DNA of 64,000 nucleotides from Octopus vulgaris (lineage: Eukaryota), in NCBI GenBank assembly GCA_951406725.2, contig OX597814.1, positions 167,710,001-167,774,000 of the forward strand, given 5' to 3'. The notes below the pieces were generated by a model. The model ran no database searches. It saw only the letters and a list, made by a program, of their open reading frames with translations, and was not told the origin of the DNA. Positions 1 to 13,304 of this stretch are shown piece by piece. Position 1 is the stretch's first letter, and the number at the start of each line of letters is the position of its first letter. The position numbers and the translations under genes were made by a program.

Positions 1-360
1 GTAAAAGAATATTTTACGACATGGTTAATGGCAGATCTAACCTGATTCAGTGATAGATTTAATGATGTTGCAGACCTTATCATGGGTAGGGATCAGTGGT
101 GAGTATAGATTGGCGAGTGTTAGGTTCACAACATCACTTATTTTGGAAGAGGATGTTGGAGATTAGATCAATTTGGTATGCTGTATAGATCTTTAGTCTT
201 GTCATATCAGTAAATATATATTCATATTTTAGGCAACATCATCTCATCAGCAGCAGAAAAGATGCTTAAAAGAAAAAAATTTTTAATGAGTCAACAAAGT
301 GCCTTTATGTAGTTGTTTGGCCTGCTTGAAATGGCAGGCAAGTCTCACATAACACCATAC

Positions 361-591
361 CTATTTCTTTACTACCCACAAGGGGCTAAACACAGAGGGG
401 ACAAACAAGGACAGACACATGGGTTAAGTTGATTACATCGACCCCAGTGCGTAACTGGTACTTATTTAATCGACCCCTAAAGGATGAAAGACAAAGTCAA
501 CCTCGGTGGAATTTGAACTCAGAACGTAACTGCAGACAAAATACCACTAAGCATTTCACCCGGCGTGCTAACGTTTCTGCCAGCTCACCGC
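361..591 (-). mobile_element. tRNA-derived SINE, family B (Nin/Deu-like core), young copy
   Basis: Minus strand has head GGCGGTGAGCTGGCAGAAAC, box B GAGTTCAAATTCC and core CTTTCATCCTTTAGGGGTCGATTAAATAAGTACCAG. Flanking direct repeat CTCACATAACACC at 344-356 and 592-604. Close relative at 14803-15036. Confidence 0.85.
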
Positions 592-703
592 CTCACATAA
601 CACCTTGCCATCTTGAAAAAAAATGGAAATGCCAAACTGGCAAAGTGTATGTAATGCCTGAAATAAGAGATAGGAGATTAATAACTGGAATACCTTTGAT
701 TAA

Positions 704-923
704 CCCTTTAGCATTTAAAGTGACAGCATCTGGCCAAAATATTCTACCTGTTTCATGTTCAAACTGGCCAGATCTAACCTCTCACACTTACCCTGCAATG
801 TTTTTCTAATCATAAACAATAATATCATTTAACTCTCAAATCTACAAGATAATGCATGGTTAATTCAAAACAATGTGAATAAATAAACCTTACACCTAAG
901 AAAGTAATCTGTGTGTGAGAGGG
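704..923. mobile_element. piggyBac-like non-autonomous MITE, family 1
   Basis: TTAA|CCCT...AGGG|TTAA (TTAA at 700-703 and 924-927). Homologous copies at 5622-5807 and 25322-25543. Confidence 0.8.
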
Positions 924-3643
924 TTAAAGGCCTGCTTGATCAACCCTGACTAGAAGCTATACAACATACTACCCAAAATACTCATGAATTACAATTATAT
1001 TTATCTATAACTTCCTTCTGTACGAACAACTGTGCATCTCACTCAGCTTACTTCTCACAATTGTACAGTGATTTTTATTTTAAGTACCAAGAAATCATTT
1101 TCCTTTAAAACCATTATATTTTCAGTTTCCATCTAAATTTTACTTTCATTTTCTTCCATGTAACTCTAGACTTGTAGGTATGAGATAAAAACAAAATTAA
1201 TATTATAAGAAATTTTTAATTTTATAAGGTAAAATTCTGAATTTAAGGAGGGTGATTGTAGTCTGCTTAGCAAACTACTTCATATTTGATATGAATTTGT
1301 GGAGAAAAAATTGCAGGGAGTTGATTTACCATGTGGAGCGAAAAATACATTTCCCCTATTTTCATGTCTTTTTGCAACAACAATAGTATTAGACTCTATA
1401 TTATTTCCTTCTAATGTTTACTACTGAATTGTATTACATATAAAATAAAGAAAGAAGACGTTCAAATAAATTGTGTGTGTGTGTGTGTGTTGATAAATCA
1501 GTTCTTCTCGACTGAATTCTGCTTTTAAATTGTTTCAAACATCTTTCCTTTCTATAAAGAAAAATACCCATACATCATCATCATAAGTCTGCATTAAATA
1601 GACAAGTAGTTGTTTATTGTTGATAGCATTTTTAAAATGGTAACATTTGCAGAGATAATTGTGTTCCTTCTCTGTATAAATTCTTATTTTCCTTCAATTT
1701 CAAAAATGTATTGTTTGCTTTATCATTATTTGTTCTGTCACTCTCCACTTCAGCATTATGTATTATTATGACATATTTCTTTCCTTTTCTTGTCTGTTTC
1801 TCTCCTATCTCATCTCTTTCTCTCTCATCTCTCACCCTCTTTCTCTTTGTCATTAATTTCAAACATATTTCATGAGAGAATACTTAGTACAAAACAAGAA
1901 TAAATGTATATAGCAAGGGAGGGCAGTACTGAGGGATGTTAACATGATCAGAGCATTCAACTTAGTGCTGATTGCATCTACAAAAGGAACCTACATATAT
2001 AATTCCAATACATAAAAAAAAAAAAACATTGTTATATAAGATGAGATCTAATATTGGTATTGTCAGTTTTAGTGATACACACTATTGTGATCACCTCCCA
2101 TTTATCATAATATATTATTCTTTATGTCAGCTTGTGAAAAGAGAAGCATGGTGTCTATATGACTTTAACAGTGTAAATAGTTATGAACAAGATCTATAGT
2201 ATAAAGGTGTTTATGTGAGATTACTTTGAACTGTGGCCATGTCCTTTTTAATAGAAGTAATAACAGAACTTTCTTTATAGGTTTCTTATTTCTGTTGACA
2301 GATAATTGCTTTCAACCAGATTCTGTTGAAATGAGAAGATGAAGGGATTGTATGAAATTAGGACAGTTGATGACAAAGAGATGCTCAGAGTTAGATTATT
2401 GAGAAAATATACAAGATACAGATTGGTTTTAAAGGGCATGAGTGGCTCAGAATTTGGTTTGTGTGAAACTACTCAAGTGGCAAGTTTTACAGATAGTCTC
2501 AAGTAAAACTAAGTTGCTGGTCCAAACAGTAAAATTCATAAGATCCCATGGAAGAGGTAAAAAAAATTACAGATAATCAAATGAATTGAGGTTTGAATGT
2601 TTTCAATTTAGTGAAATATTGTGATTGTTGTTTAATAAATATTTAGTATTTCAGCCTAGTGTACCACACTAATCATTTTCTCATACAAATGTAAGCTTTG
2701 TGGAATAGAGTATTTCTGTCAAAGCTGTTTTTACATTTGCTTATGTTGAAAAGTTTCACCAGTGTCCAAAAGAGAATGGGTGAGATGAATTTGTTTCCTG
2801 CAGATTTCCCTAAGTTTTGGGCCACAGCATAGTCCAAAACTTGAGAAGCTTGCTTAACAGTCATGAAATTCTGTGTTTGAGCCTACAGCTTAACATCTTG
2901 GGCAAATGTCATTTTCTGTAGTCTTGGATCGATCCATAACGTGTGAGTGACATTGGACTGACTGATCCTGTATAAAAGCCCATCGGGTGGATTGTTCCTG
3001 TAATTCTTAAAGGTACAGCTTTATCAAACAGTGTCACCAATTCTACATGACAATTATGTTAAAAGTACATGTGCCTGTGAACTGCTCAACCACCTACACC
3101 ATTCAGGAGCAGGTAATTCAGTTGATTGAACTGAAACTTCATCACCAAATGATGGAGATCCACCATAATGTCTGTGTGCATGTGCATATACGCACTGTAT
3201 CTGCACAAAAAAAGGAAGAAATTATTTTTAAAATGGTGTTTTAATATCCCTCTGGTATATTCTTGGTATGCTAAATGTTTAGACATGTTGCAGAGGTTGT
3301 GTAGATTGGTGTAGCTTGCTGCCCTGTGAGCTGTGTTTATCACTCAGTCATATAGTGTTCTTATGAAAATTGCCTTGGATGTAATTCCAAATTAGAACGC
3401 ATCAGTGGAGATCATTGGAATAACTATCAATAATGGGTTTGGCAATCAGGAGGTCACAGTTATTATGAACAGAAACGATGTGGTGAATGAAATCATTTCT
3501 GATTTAGGCAATAAACTCTGTGTAATTCAGAGGAAAGAACTTTTTTACTACCTTTGATCAGTGTATCTCATGGACATATTGCTGCTTGAATTCTTTGGAA
3601 CAAAATAAGCCACAAATACAAACTACCTGAATATGGTATAAAT

Positions 3644-3675
<32 letters not shown>

Positions 3676-4434
3676 CATATCAGTTCGGTTTGAACTCCAG
3701 CATTCATTGAAAAATCTAGGTTTGGTTATGCATGCTAACCTTATTTTGTTGTAAGATTTAAAATTTAAGGTATACTGTTGAAATAGATTTGGTTGGTATA
3801 TGAAGTCTGACATGTAGTTATGTAAGGGTTTCCCTTTTTAATGTTTTGTACATAGGAAAGAAGTTTGTATGTATCTCTTTGCTAAGAAATTTGCTAATTC
3901 TAAGAGCAGCAGTTTTAGTTGTACTTCATGGAGAATACCTAATAAGTTGTTCATTGTAGTTTAAATTTCTGTTGTCTTTTGCATGCCCCCCACCCAATTA
4001 CTGACACTACTTGTTGGTTTAATTCCTGACAGCAATGCCACTGTGACCTCCCCGTTGCTGACAAGAAGTGAGATTTAAACTCTGTATGTACACAGTTGGA
4101 ACAGATATACAAGACATTCTATCCAAAGATCTGACCATTCCTCCAATCCACTACCCTGGATTGGTATGTTATTTATTGAACCTGTAAGGATGAAAAACAC
4201 ACTTGACTCCTCAGCAGGATTTGAACTTTGAGTACAGTCAACAAATGCCTAAAAGCTTTCTATCTGACTATCTAATGCCTCTGCCAATTTGCTACCTTTC
4301 AGCATATTAATTACACCATTGTTAAGAATAGCTCAGATAGATATTATAGCTTACTAGAAAATAAGAATTCTATAATCAAAATTATTTGATCAGTTTTACA
4401 TAATAGTAATGATTCATGTCCAATAGCAATTATA

Positions 4435-4670
4435 ATGTTATCGTTTGTTGCCTCAGGTCAGACTTCATTGAACATATATATATATATATATATCCTCAAA
4501 GGTGTTCAAGCCTTGATCATCGTATCTTTTTGTATATCAAAGACTACAATATCCAATGTGTCCTTCCTATTTTTTTTTAAGGACAGTAAGATGGGCTTTA
4601 AAAAAAGATTTGGTTGCTATTACTAGCAGTTTGAACGACCATGTAGAGGTTTTCTTTATTGGGTGGTGAT
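4435..4670 (-). repeat. Dispersed repeat family D (retroposon 3' segment ending in (CAA)n)
   Basis: Shared motif ...CCAATGTGTCCTTCC...GCTATTWCTAG recurs near 301-970, 11270-11420, 42290-43620, 45430-45660, 47530-47715, 54305-54430 and 56760-56965. Confidence 0.55.
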
Positions 4671-5621
4671 AGCCGTCGCAGCAGTTCAGTTTAAAACATT
4701 CAAGCAAATTGCTTACTTTTTTTTTTTACTGAAATCGTGTGATATTCACCAATTAACAGATATGAATATTGAGCTTACTTTGACATCCAGAATTTCCTTC
4801 TAATATAACATGACCAAACATGTATCTATTCTTGAATGTGTGTTTAATTAGCATGTGCAAAATTCACATTTTTACTTTTGAGTGCATAAGAAAATCAATC
4901 TGAAAATCAATTTCACACTAAAAGCTTTATTAATAGTTAGTTACAAGTTTGAGTTAGTTACTGCTATCATACCGGAAATTAAAAACATTTTTGAAATTTA
5001 TTTATTCGTAGAATCCACACTTTGTTATGGATAAATCAATTATAGCATAAAGAAAATTTATTTTATGGTTTTTTTTTTTGGTGAAGGGGGGAGTAGGTTA
5101 AATAACATTATCACTTTCCTTTTGCTTGTTAGAATCACCAAGCAACAAAGCATTTTATTGATATACATCTTACCTGTCTGGTCTTTAACTTATCTAAGCA
5201 AAAATATGTTTATATATTATCAGAATACATTATTGCATTTCCATGATATTCCATGCATTTTCAATAATTTAGAGTCTATATAAAGCCCCTTCAAATTTAA
5301 TATTCTGTGCAGTTTCTAATATCTTTACAACAAATACAATTCTGATCTTCTGTTCTAAAATATATGAAGCCTACCTTTAATAGCTCACATAAGTTAAATA
5401 TTTAAAAGTGCCATTTATTAAATTTAAGACAGGCAACTTTGCAATTTAATCGCATATTTTATTTAAAATGAAAATCACTTTTCTTTAAAAGAGTTATGTG
5501 ATGAAAATTATTTTTGGATTTTTTAAACTTATAGAAAAGCTATAGAATAAACACCCATCACCAGTACAATATTTAATCCTTTGTGTTGTTTATTGTAATT
5601 TTTTGTGGAGTGATATTTTAA

Positions 5622-5807
5622 CGTTTAGCATTTACACCGGCCATATCCAACCAAAATATTTTACAAGTTTTATGTGCAAATCAGCCAGATCTAACCTTTC
5701 ACACCAACTCTACATTATCATTCTAAAAATTAACAGCAACCTCATCAAAATCTTGAAAGCCACAAAATAATGCATGATTAATGCAAAACAATGTGAATGC
5801 TAAAGGC
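5622..5807. mobile_element. piggyBac-like MITE, family 1 (older copy)
   Basis: TTAA at 5618-5621 and 5808-5811; internal similarity to 704-923. Confidence 0.7.
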
Positions 5808-5841
5808 TTAATACATCTTCAGTGTTGTTAACATCTAACTG

Positions 5842-6005
5842 AAGGAGTAATATTTTAGATACTGATATTGACAGTTTCTAAATTACCTGTTAAAATAATA
5901 ATTAGTGCTTCACACACACACACACATATATATATAAGGAGTAATATTTTAGATACTGATATTGACAGTTTCTAAATTACCTATTAAAATGATAATTAGT
6001 GCTTG
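5842..6005. repeat. ~69-bp direct duplication split by (CA)n(TA)n
   Basis: AAGGAGTAATATTTTAGATACTGATATTGACAGTTTCTAAATTACC...AATTAGTGCTT occurs at ~5842-5910 and ~5936-6005. Confidence 0.85.
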
Positions 6006-6006
6006 A

Positions 6007-6067
<61 letters not shown>

Positions 6068-6139
6068 AGTTAGACAGTTTGGGAGATGACTCTTATGTTG
6101 AATTACTCAGTCCATTCCATCTTAAAATTTCAGACATTA

Positions 6140-6570
6140 TATTAGGATCTCCTGAGTGATCTTACTCAACAGAGTGTGTAGCACAGAGCTGAGTTGCAAC
6201 TTCTTTGCATTGAGAGGCCACAGCTCCAGTACTATGGACATGTAATCAGAATGTTGCAGGAAACAATTGCAAAACTGATTCTTCGAGCCAAGCAGAGGAC
6301 TTAGAGTTAGCCCAAGAATGAGATGGTTGCATAATATTCTTAGTCTCAGCAGGTCACACTTGAGAATGCAGCTGGAAAGCATTATGATGGTTGCTTCTGA
6401 TTGGACTCTATGGGGGAGGTACCTTAGAACTCTACCCTCATGACCCTCCCCGGAATAATGGACAGAGAAGATGGATAGATAGCAATGGTGATAGTAGTGT
6501 GTCATCTTGAATATGATGATGATGACGGTGATGATAATGACGGTGATGATAATGATAACAACAACGACAA
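6140..6570 (+). mobile_element. RTE-clade LINE 3' fragment, decayed
   Basis: Plus-strand translation IERPQLQYYGHVIRMLQETIAKLIL...SPRMRWLHNI matches the RTE ORF2 C-terminus pattern (QLRWxGHxxRM...RPRxRW). Followed by a (GAT)n-like tail. Confidence 0.7.
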
Positions 6571-7918
6571 AAATATATGAACCACTTTGGTCAAAATTCT
6601 CCAATAGAATTGATAAATTCCTTTCTGCTGTATTTACCATTCCATTATGTCTAAATCTGAATTACGATTGTTTTCAGAGCATCCACTCACTGTGAATTGT
6701 AGAAAGCAGTCAAATTAACAGATAACTGGATTTACTACCTGGTTTTCACTCCAGGATGCAGCTATTTCACTTCTCTTGTATTGCTAATAAATATGGGAAG
6801 GGATGCATATTCTCCTTTCTTGTCCTAAGATTCTATTTCTGCTGATAAAGGACTCCTTTATTTGCAAAATCCTGCTCTGTAATCTGTGAGTTTGAAGAAT
6901 GATTAAGCAATGAAAGCTGAAGATGAGTAATAACTTCTAGGAAATAAATATGAAGTGTTGAATATCCTATATAAATCAGTAAGGTACTTGTTCATGAGGA
7001 GGTAAGGAAGATTATTGGAAATTAGATATAATTAGATATAACTCTATCATAATTTATTGAGAAACTGAAAGAGGGAGAGAGCATGTATAACAGAGATAAG
7101 AGTTTAGGGTTGTGCACACGTGTGTGTGTGTGAGAGAGAGAGGTTTGAATTATTAGGAATGATACAAACAGAAAGCTAGCAACAGTTTGGGTAAGTTAAG
7201 AAATACATGATAAATAATTTTAGATTGATCTTTGGGGTTTAGGCATGGGAGAAGAAGTAATCAATAATTGCAAAAATTAAAAAGAAAAACTTGTTAAAAC
7301 TAATTATTAAGTTAACATGAAGAACATGCCAGGAATTGGAAATGAATAAACTCTCTAGGCTATGTATTCAGAACTTTACTTTTCATTCACATGTGCATGT
7401 GCTTGTGTATGTATGTGTATGTATGTATGCATGTTTGTATGTCTGTGTGTATACATATATGTGTGTATATATATATATATATAAAAAATTACCTGTCATG
7501 TGACAGATAACTTTGGAAGTATTCTTTCGCCACCATGGGTAATATCAGGAGATATGGCATATATGCAATTATTATAATTTAACTTCTATCAAATTTCTTG
7601 GTACTTATACAAAATGATGAAATGAATATTAATTTTCAAATGAAAAATATTTATTACTTGAAAATAAAATCAAATAAAACAAATTTCCTATTTGTATACC
7701 TCTTCCTATAGCTATGCAATTTTCTCCCTCTACTCCTCTTCTGTCTCTATAATTCTTTCTCTCTCACCAAAAGTATGAGTATAGCAGTCTTTTGCTCATC
7801 CTGTGCCTCTAATATCAACTCTCTTTGTATCTCCCTTTTATTCTCTCATTCCCTCTCAAAATAATGTAAAGCATGCCTCATGCCTGAAGAAATCAACCAA
7901 CCAACTAACATTTCTATC

Positions 7919-7954
<36 letters not shown>

Positions 7955-7969
7955 ACACACACATACATA

Positions 7970-8400
7970 TCATCATTGTCATCATCATCATTGAATGTCC
8001 ATTTTCCATGCTGGCATGGGTTGGACGGTTTGGCTGAAAACTGGTAAGCTGGGGAGCTGCACCAGGTTTCAGTCTAATTTGGCATGGTTTCTACAACTGG
8101 ATGCCCTTCCTAATGCCAGCCACTCCAAGAGTGTAATGTGTACTTTTTACATGCCACCAGCATGGGTACCAGTTACAAAACACTAGCATCAGCCACAACT
8201 GCAATCTCACTTTGTTTGACAGGTCTTCTCAAGCATGGTATATTGCCAAAGGTCTCAGTCACTTGTCACTGCCTTCTTGAGGCCCAAAGTTTGAAGGGTG
8301 CTTTTTTACGCGCCACCGGCACAGGTGCCAGTTATGAGACACTGGCATTGGCCATGGCTATGATTTCACTTGGCTTGATGAGTCTTCTCAAACATGGCAT
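7970..8400 (-). mobile_element. 5'-truncated RTE LINE 3' UTR
   Basis: Reverse complement of 59400-59720 type sequence (GGAAGGGCATCCAG...AACCCATGCCAGCATGG...(GAT)n). Confidence 0.75.
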
Positions 8401-10515
8401 GAATAATTCAAAATTACAGTTCATGTAATTTGACAGGGATCAATTAGAACTATTACTGGACTTTTTCCATTTGAGTTTCTTATGTTATTCATTGTTTCCA
8501 AGGAAGTTTGATTTTTGTTTGGGTTTTATGTATGGTACATTTGCAAATAGACTTTTATTTTTCATATCAAGAAGATATGTGCTTATTCTGCTAACCTCTA
8601 CAACTAACATACACATGTGCATGAGTATTCATTTTACTGTTTGTGATTTTGAGGAATTTAAGGTGGGGACTAAGTGAAGAGCTGAGGGCATGATTATTAA
8701 GCAGAAACAAACATATGTCTTTCTTTATCTTAAGAGTTATGCACTCAACCCCTCCTTTGTGTTGCAACAAACATTTCCTTTTCAATTAAATGCAGATGAT
8801 AATTATAATTACATAATTCATATGTTCTTTTCATGATAACTAGATGCTTTAGAATCTTCAATTCTGATCTCTCAAATATCTTGAGAAACTGTTTGTTTGA
8901 TTTTTTTTTGTTTTTTTATTCAGTGTTTCACTTCAGCATTAATGGTTATATTTTAGTATTTCCTCTTGGTTTACTTTTCTTGTTTCTTATGGTTACTAAT
9001 ATTTAAACTGTGTTCATTTTTGTTGTTATTTTTCTTTTATTTTGTTTGTGAATTGGAAAAAAAGAATTCTGATTAAATGAGCTGCAATTTACATGAAATT
9101 GTTTTCTAAGAACTATAATTAGGTCATTTAGAGAAATCAATATAATAAATTCTGCTCAAATTTTCAACAATGCATGATTCAAATCAAACAGGTTGTTCCT
9201 TCACTGTTTGTCCTGCTTCTTCTTAAACCTCTTAGTGGAGCCAAAAGATTTAACAACTGGCTCTTATGAAGCACTTAACCTATTTTATAGTTGAAGCATT
9301 AATTGCTTATCTGGCTTTATGAAAAGCCAAATTTTCTTCATATCCAAGAATCCTTTCTGTTTCTAAGAGCAAAGAAGACATAAAGTGTAAACAAGTTTGA
9401 ATATATGTTAAGACCAGGAACTAAGCCTATTTTATAAGCTTCCAATACCACAAGGTTCAATTTTATTGACTAAAATGAGAAAAAATTTTTAAAAATTAGA
9501 ATATCGTAGTAACATTTCTGAAAGTTAATATATTATATATTCATAAATCATTAGATTATTATTAAATTTCAATCTCTCCCACCCCACCCCACCCCTGCCA
9601 CTTCTCATTTTACAAGCTGTAAAAGTAATCAGCTTTTTATTCTTTTATTCATGTATCACATTTTAACAGCATCTTATTATTAAAATTAACTCCACTCATA
9701 TCTGATTTAATATGACTTTTATCAATAGAGAAATTTGTTGATAGATAAAGCAAAGCTTATCTTGATAATGATATGCAAATGTTGTGTAATCCGAAATTCT
9801 TTTTTCAATTCTGTATACAAATTGATGCAGCTTTCAAAAGTAATCCAGTTTGACAAAATAATTTCCTGTCTCTGTCTGTCATCTTTCTCCTGTATATCAT
9901 CTCGTATTGGATTACTATAACTTACAACATATTTTAATGTAACAAAACATAATTGCTTTGGAGTCATAATGGTTTTAATTAATCACTTGCTAGATTAAAT
10001 TGTAAAATTCTAATTTTTCAACTGCTGAAATCAATATTTTTTTTAAACAACTCATCAAACTATTCTTGTGAAACGATGATGCCAATTTCTAATCTCTTCA
10101 ATTAAAATCAATTGCAGCATTTAAAATAATAATAATAATGATAATAATAATAATAATAATAATTATATTTATTACTACTACTACTTTTAATATCTTTCAT
10201 GCTAAACCATGCTAATATTGACCAGAAATATAATGTTCATTGTGTTGTGAAGACATTGATCTTATTCAGAAATGTTATTGTCAAATGGTATTATAACAGT
10301 TTTGGGAAACTATTATTGCTGTTTCTATGATTTTATTTTATAGTTTGGAATACTGCTTTGTCTAATTTTTTATGTTGCTACTAGTGATGAGTGACTAAAT
10401 ACCAAGGTTTTTAGTAGAGCATTTGATCATGCGCATTGCAATGTTCAATTGTGTCACTCTGAGTTCAGGTCTGGCTTCAGTCAGTTTTGCTTTTCATCTC
10501 TTCAAGATTGGTTAA

Positions 10516-10737
10516 CCCTTTTGTTACCATATTTCTGTTGAAATACACTGCTTTTGTTTCAATTATTTTTGAAAGTAAAGAAGAATTGATTAATATCGCT
10601 TCACCATTATTTAACTGGTGTTTTGAACATAAATTAACGTGAAATTTTGATGAGAAGTTTTTAATTTAGAATACCTTAAATAAAAAGTTTGTATTATAGA
10701 ACCTGAGGCAGCCTCAGGTAGATTGGTGTCAAAAGAG
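10516..10737. mobile_element. piggyBac-like MITE, family 2, nested in a SINE-B
   Basis: TTAA|CCCTTTTGTTACC...GGTGTCAAAAGAG|CTAA; the SINE core resumes (AATAAGTACCAG) after it. Homologous to 19456-19673. Confidence 0.7.
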
Positions 10738-11680
10738 CTAAATAAGTACCAGTAATATACTGATGTGTTCAATCAGTCAACTATACCTATCTCTTGGGGA
10801 AAGAAAAATTGTTCTGCAGCTAAACAAAAGAAATAAATATTTGTTAGATATACAAACAGTTATAAAATCCAAGTACTTAACAAAATAGAATATCGAATAC
10901 TTGCTCTTGGCTCATGTGTTTTGAAGCTATTGCAACATTATATCTTAGCTTTGAGTAAAGAACTTTACTTAAACTTTGCAGCAGAAGCAGATTTTCAGAT
11001 TGGCAATTCTGATGGAAGGATTGATACAACGTATGGTGCATTTCATTGTAAATCTGATTTGATATACTTTCTGAATGCATATGTGTACTTTATGTCACTA
11101 TATATTACGTTACATATTAGAACATCACAGAAAGTATGAAATTCTTTATTTTAAAAAAAAATATATTTTAGACAGGAACATTTCTTATACATGAGTTGTC
11201 TTAGCTATTCCAATATGCTGACCTATTGACTTTTCTTTTTACAACATGATTCATTGAAGGCACCTGTAAATGGTTGCTGAAACAGCTAGAAATAACAATG
11301 AAATCTTCCTCAAATTGCATGATATTTTTCCATCTTGAATAATGAAAGAACACAGTATCCTAGAGATTCCTCTAAAAAGATCAAATGGTCATGGTTGACC
11401 TAAGATAAACAATAGCAACTATTTTCAATACTGAAGAAATTTGAATGTCCTGAGTTTCTCAAAAAACTAGTTCCAAACTATATCATTAAATAAAGTCTCT
11501 CTCTCTCTCTCTCCCTCCTTTTTACTCTAAACTGTTATCAACATACATAATCTTCATTTTACACCTGCTTTTACTTGTTGGTATGGCTCAGACAGATCTT
11601 CAAAGTCTGAATCAGTTACTTGCCCACCCACCCCTAGTTGGGCTGCAGAACACATATTCACATGTTCCATTTTTTATATA

Positions 11681-12183
11681 CTGTAAATCTTCTAGTATAG
11701 TCCGCCCTTGAGTATAATACTCAGGGGATATTTAGGGGGCTGTACTTCTGAAAAACCTAAACCTTGTGTATAATACGCACCCCTTGAGTCAAGGAGCTCT
11801 GTATAATGTCCTTGGTTTGTAAAAATGTATACGGTAACGTTCTTTATTATTATTGTATGTATAACATAATGCAAACGTGTAGCTTTTTTGTGCATTTTGT
11901 TTGCAGAAAATAAAGAAATAACAGTAATAACATTTAATAAATGTTGCTTACTGCAAGTTATGGATGATTCTTTTATGACTTCATTGATTTCAGGATTAGC
12001 TTAAGGTATTTTCGTGCCCTACATCACAAAATGCGTCTGAATAAACATTGCTGGACAGCAAATAGAGACTCGGACATTGCTTAGAAAGTATTTTTCATTT
12101 TTAACCTTGTGTATAATATGCACTAGGGATTTTGACCTTTAAATTTTGGGAAAAATATGCGGATTATACTTGAGGATTTACAG
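11681..12183. mobile_element. Tc1/mariner-superfamily (Tc2/pogo-like) MITE
   Basis: TA|CTGTAAATCTTCTAGTATAGTCCGC ... GCGGATTATACTTGAGGATTTACAG|TA gives ~25-bp TIRs with a TA TSD. Internal repeat ACCTTGTGTATAATAYGCAC at ~11761 and ~12104. Confidence 0.85.
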
Positions 12184-12454
12184 TATATGATTTCTATGTC
12201 TGAATGCTCTTCCTATCACAAACAGTTTTACAAAGTGTACTGGATGCATTTCATCTGGTTACTAGTTGGCAGTAGTCCAAAGGGGAATATCTTGCCTCTA
12301 GAAAGACTAAAGAGCCCTTTGTATTCTACATTGTCTCTTTTCATTTATTTACCAGCATCAGGAAAGTTGTGTCATTTTCAACAAGACTGAAGAGAATCCT
12401 CTCTTCTTTGTTTTGTCTCTGCTGTTTGTTTCCCTCGCAACTGGATTTTGGAGA

Positions 12455-12630
12455 GAGGGGACTAGTTGATTACATCGACCCCAGTGTTCAACTGGTACTT
12501 ATTTTATCGACCCCCAAAAGGATGAAAAGCAAAGTCAAGTTGGTGGAATTTGAACTCAGGACATAAACACAGACAAAATGCCGCTAAGCATTTTGTCCAG
12601 TGTGCTAATGATTCTGCTAGGTCACTGCCA
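12455..12630 (-). mobile_element. SINE family B
   Basis: Homologous to 361-591. Confidence 0.75.
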
Positions 12631-12994
12631 TGCGTTCTATTTCTCATCAAATAGGGAATGTGGTGAGGAGGAAAAAGAGGAAATGTGGTAGAAGAGAACA
12701 AGGAAAAAGGAATAGGAAGGTGTTTGAAGAAAGTAATGTATGAGCCAAAACAAAAAGATGAGAATGAAAAGAACGGCAGGGAAATAAAAGAAAATGTAAT
12801 GGAGGAGATAGCGAGAATGGTAGTAAAAAGCCAGAACAAAAAGTGTAGAAGAGAGATAAAGTAAGAGAGCATAGAAGAAGAGAGACAAGGTAATGAAAAA
12901 GAGAGCATCTGTATTCTTGGTTTGTCACTGAATTCATTGCCAACTCTTATTGACTGTCTTGAACTTTCAGGAGTGACTTTTGTTTGTGAGTAAA

Positions 12995-13304
12995 GTGCTC
13001 TTAACCACTACACCATATGCCTATGGTGTAGTGGTTAAGAGCACGGGCTACTAACCGCAAGATTCCGAGTTCGATTCCAGGCAGTGACATGGAGCACGGG
13101 CTACTAACCCCAAGATTCCGAGTTCGATTCCAGGCAGTGACGTGAATAATAATAACAACAACAACATTGAAAAATACCTTAAGAATGAGAACCCAGGTTC
13201 GAAATTTCCCCAAGACACCTGATGAAGGCTGGAGGGTATATCAGCAAAAAGGTGTTAACAACAAACAAGATGAGGACAAATATCCATCAAATGTAAATAA
13301 TGTA
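12995..13304 (+). mobile_element. tRNA-headed short element with 5' fold-back and hammerhead-like tail (putative Penelope-dependent SINE)
   Basis: 23-bp perfect hairpin at 12995-13044. Box A TGGTGTAGTGG and box B GAGTTCGATTC. 50-bp tandem duplication of the head. CTGATGA plus a GCTG/CAGC stem at 13219-13245. Confidence 0.6.

Noticed and set aside
6137-6640. 167-aa minus-strand ORF
   Set aside because: Antisense of an RTE fragment plus a trinucleotide repeat.
10837-11139. ~100-codon open frame as a host exon
   Set aside because: No recognisable motif, weak splice context, and a length attainable by chance in 64 kb.
12504-12943. Hydrophobic F/L/S-rich ORFs resembling membrane proteins
   Set aside because: Antisense of low-complexity purine-rich sequence.
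13019-13090. Functional tRNA gene
   Set aside because: A and B boxes are present, but there is no proper acceptor stem or T-run terminator, and it is embedded in a repeat with a duplicated 3' half.
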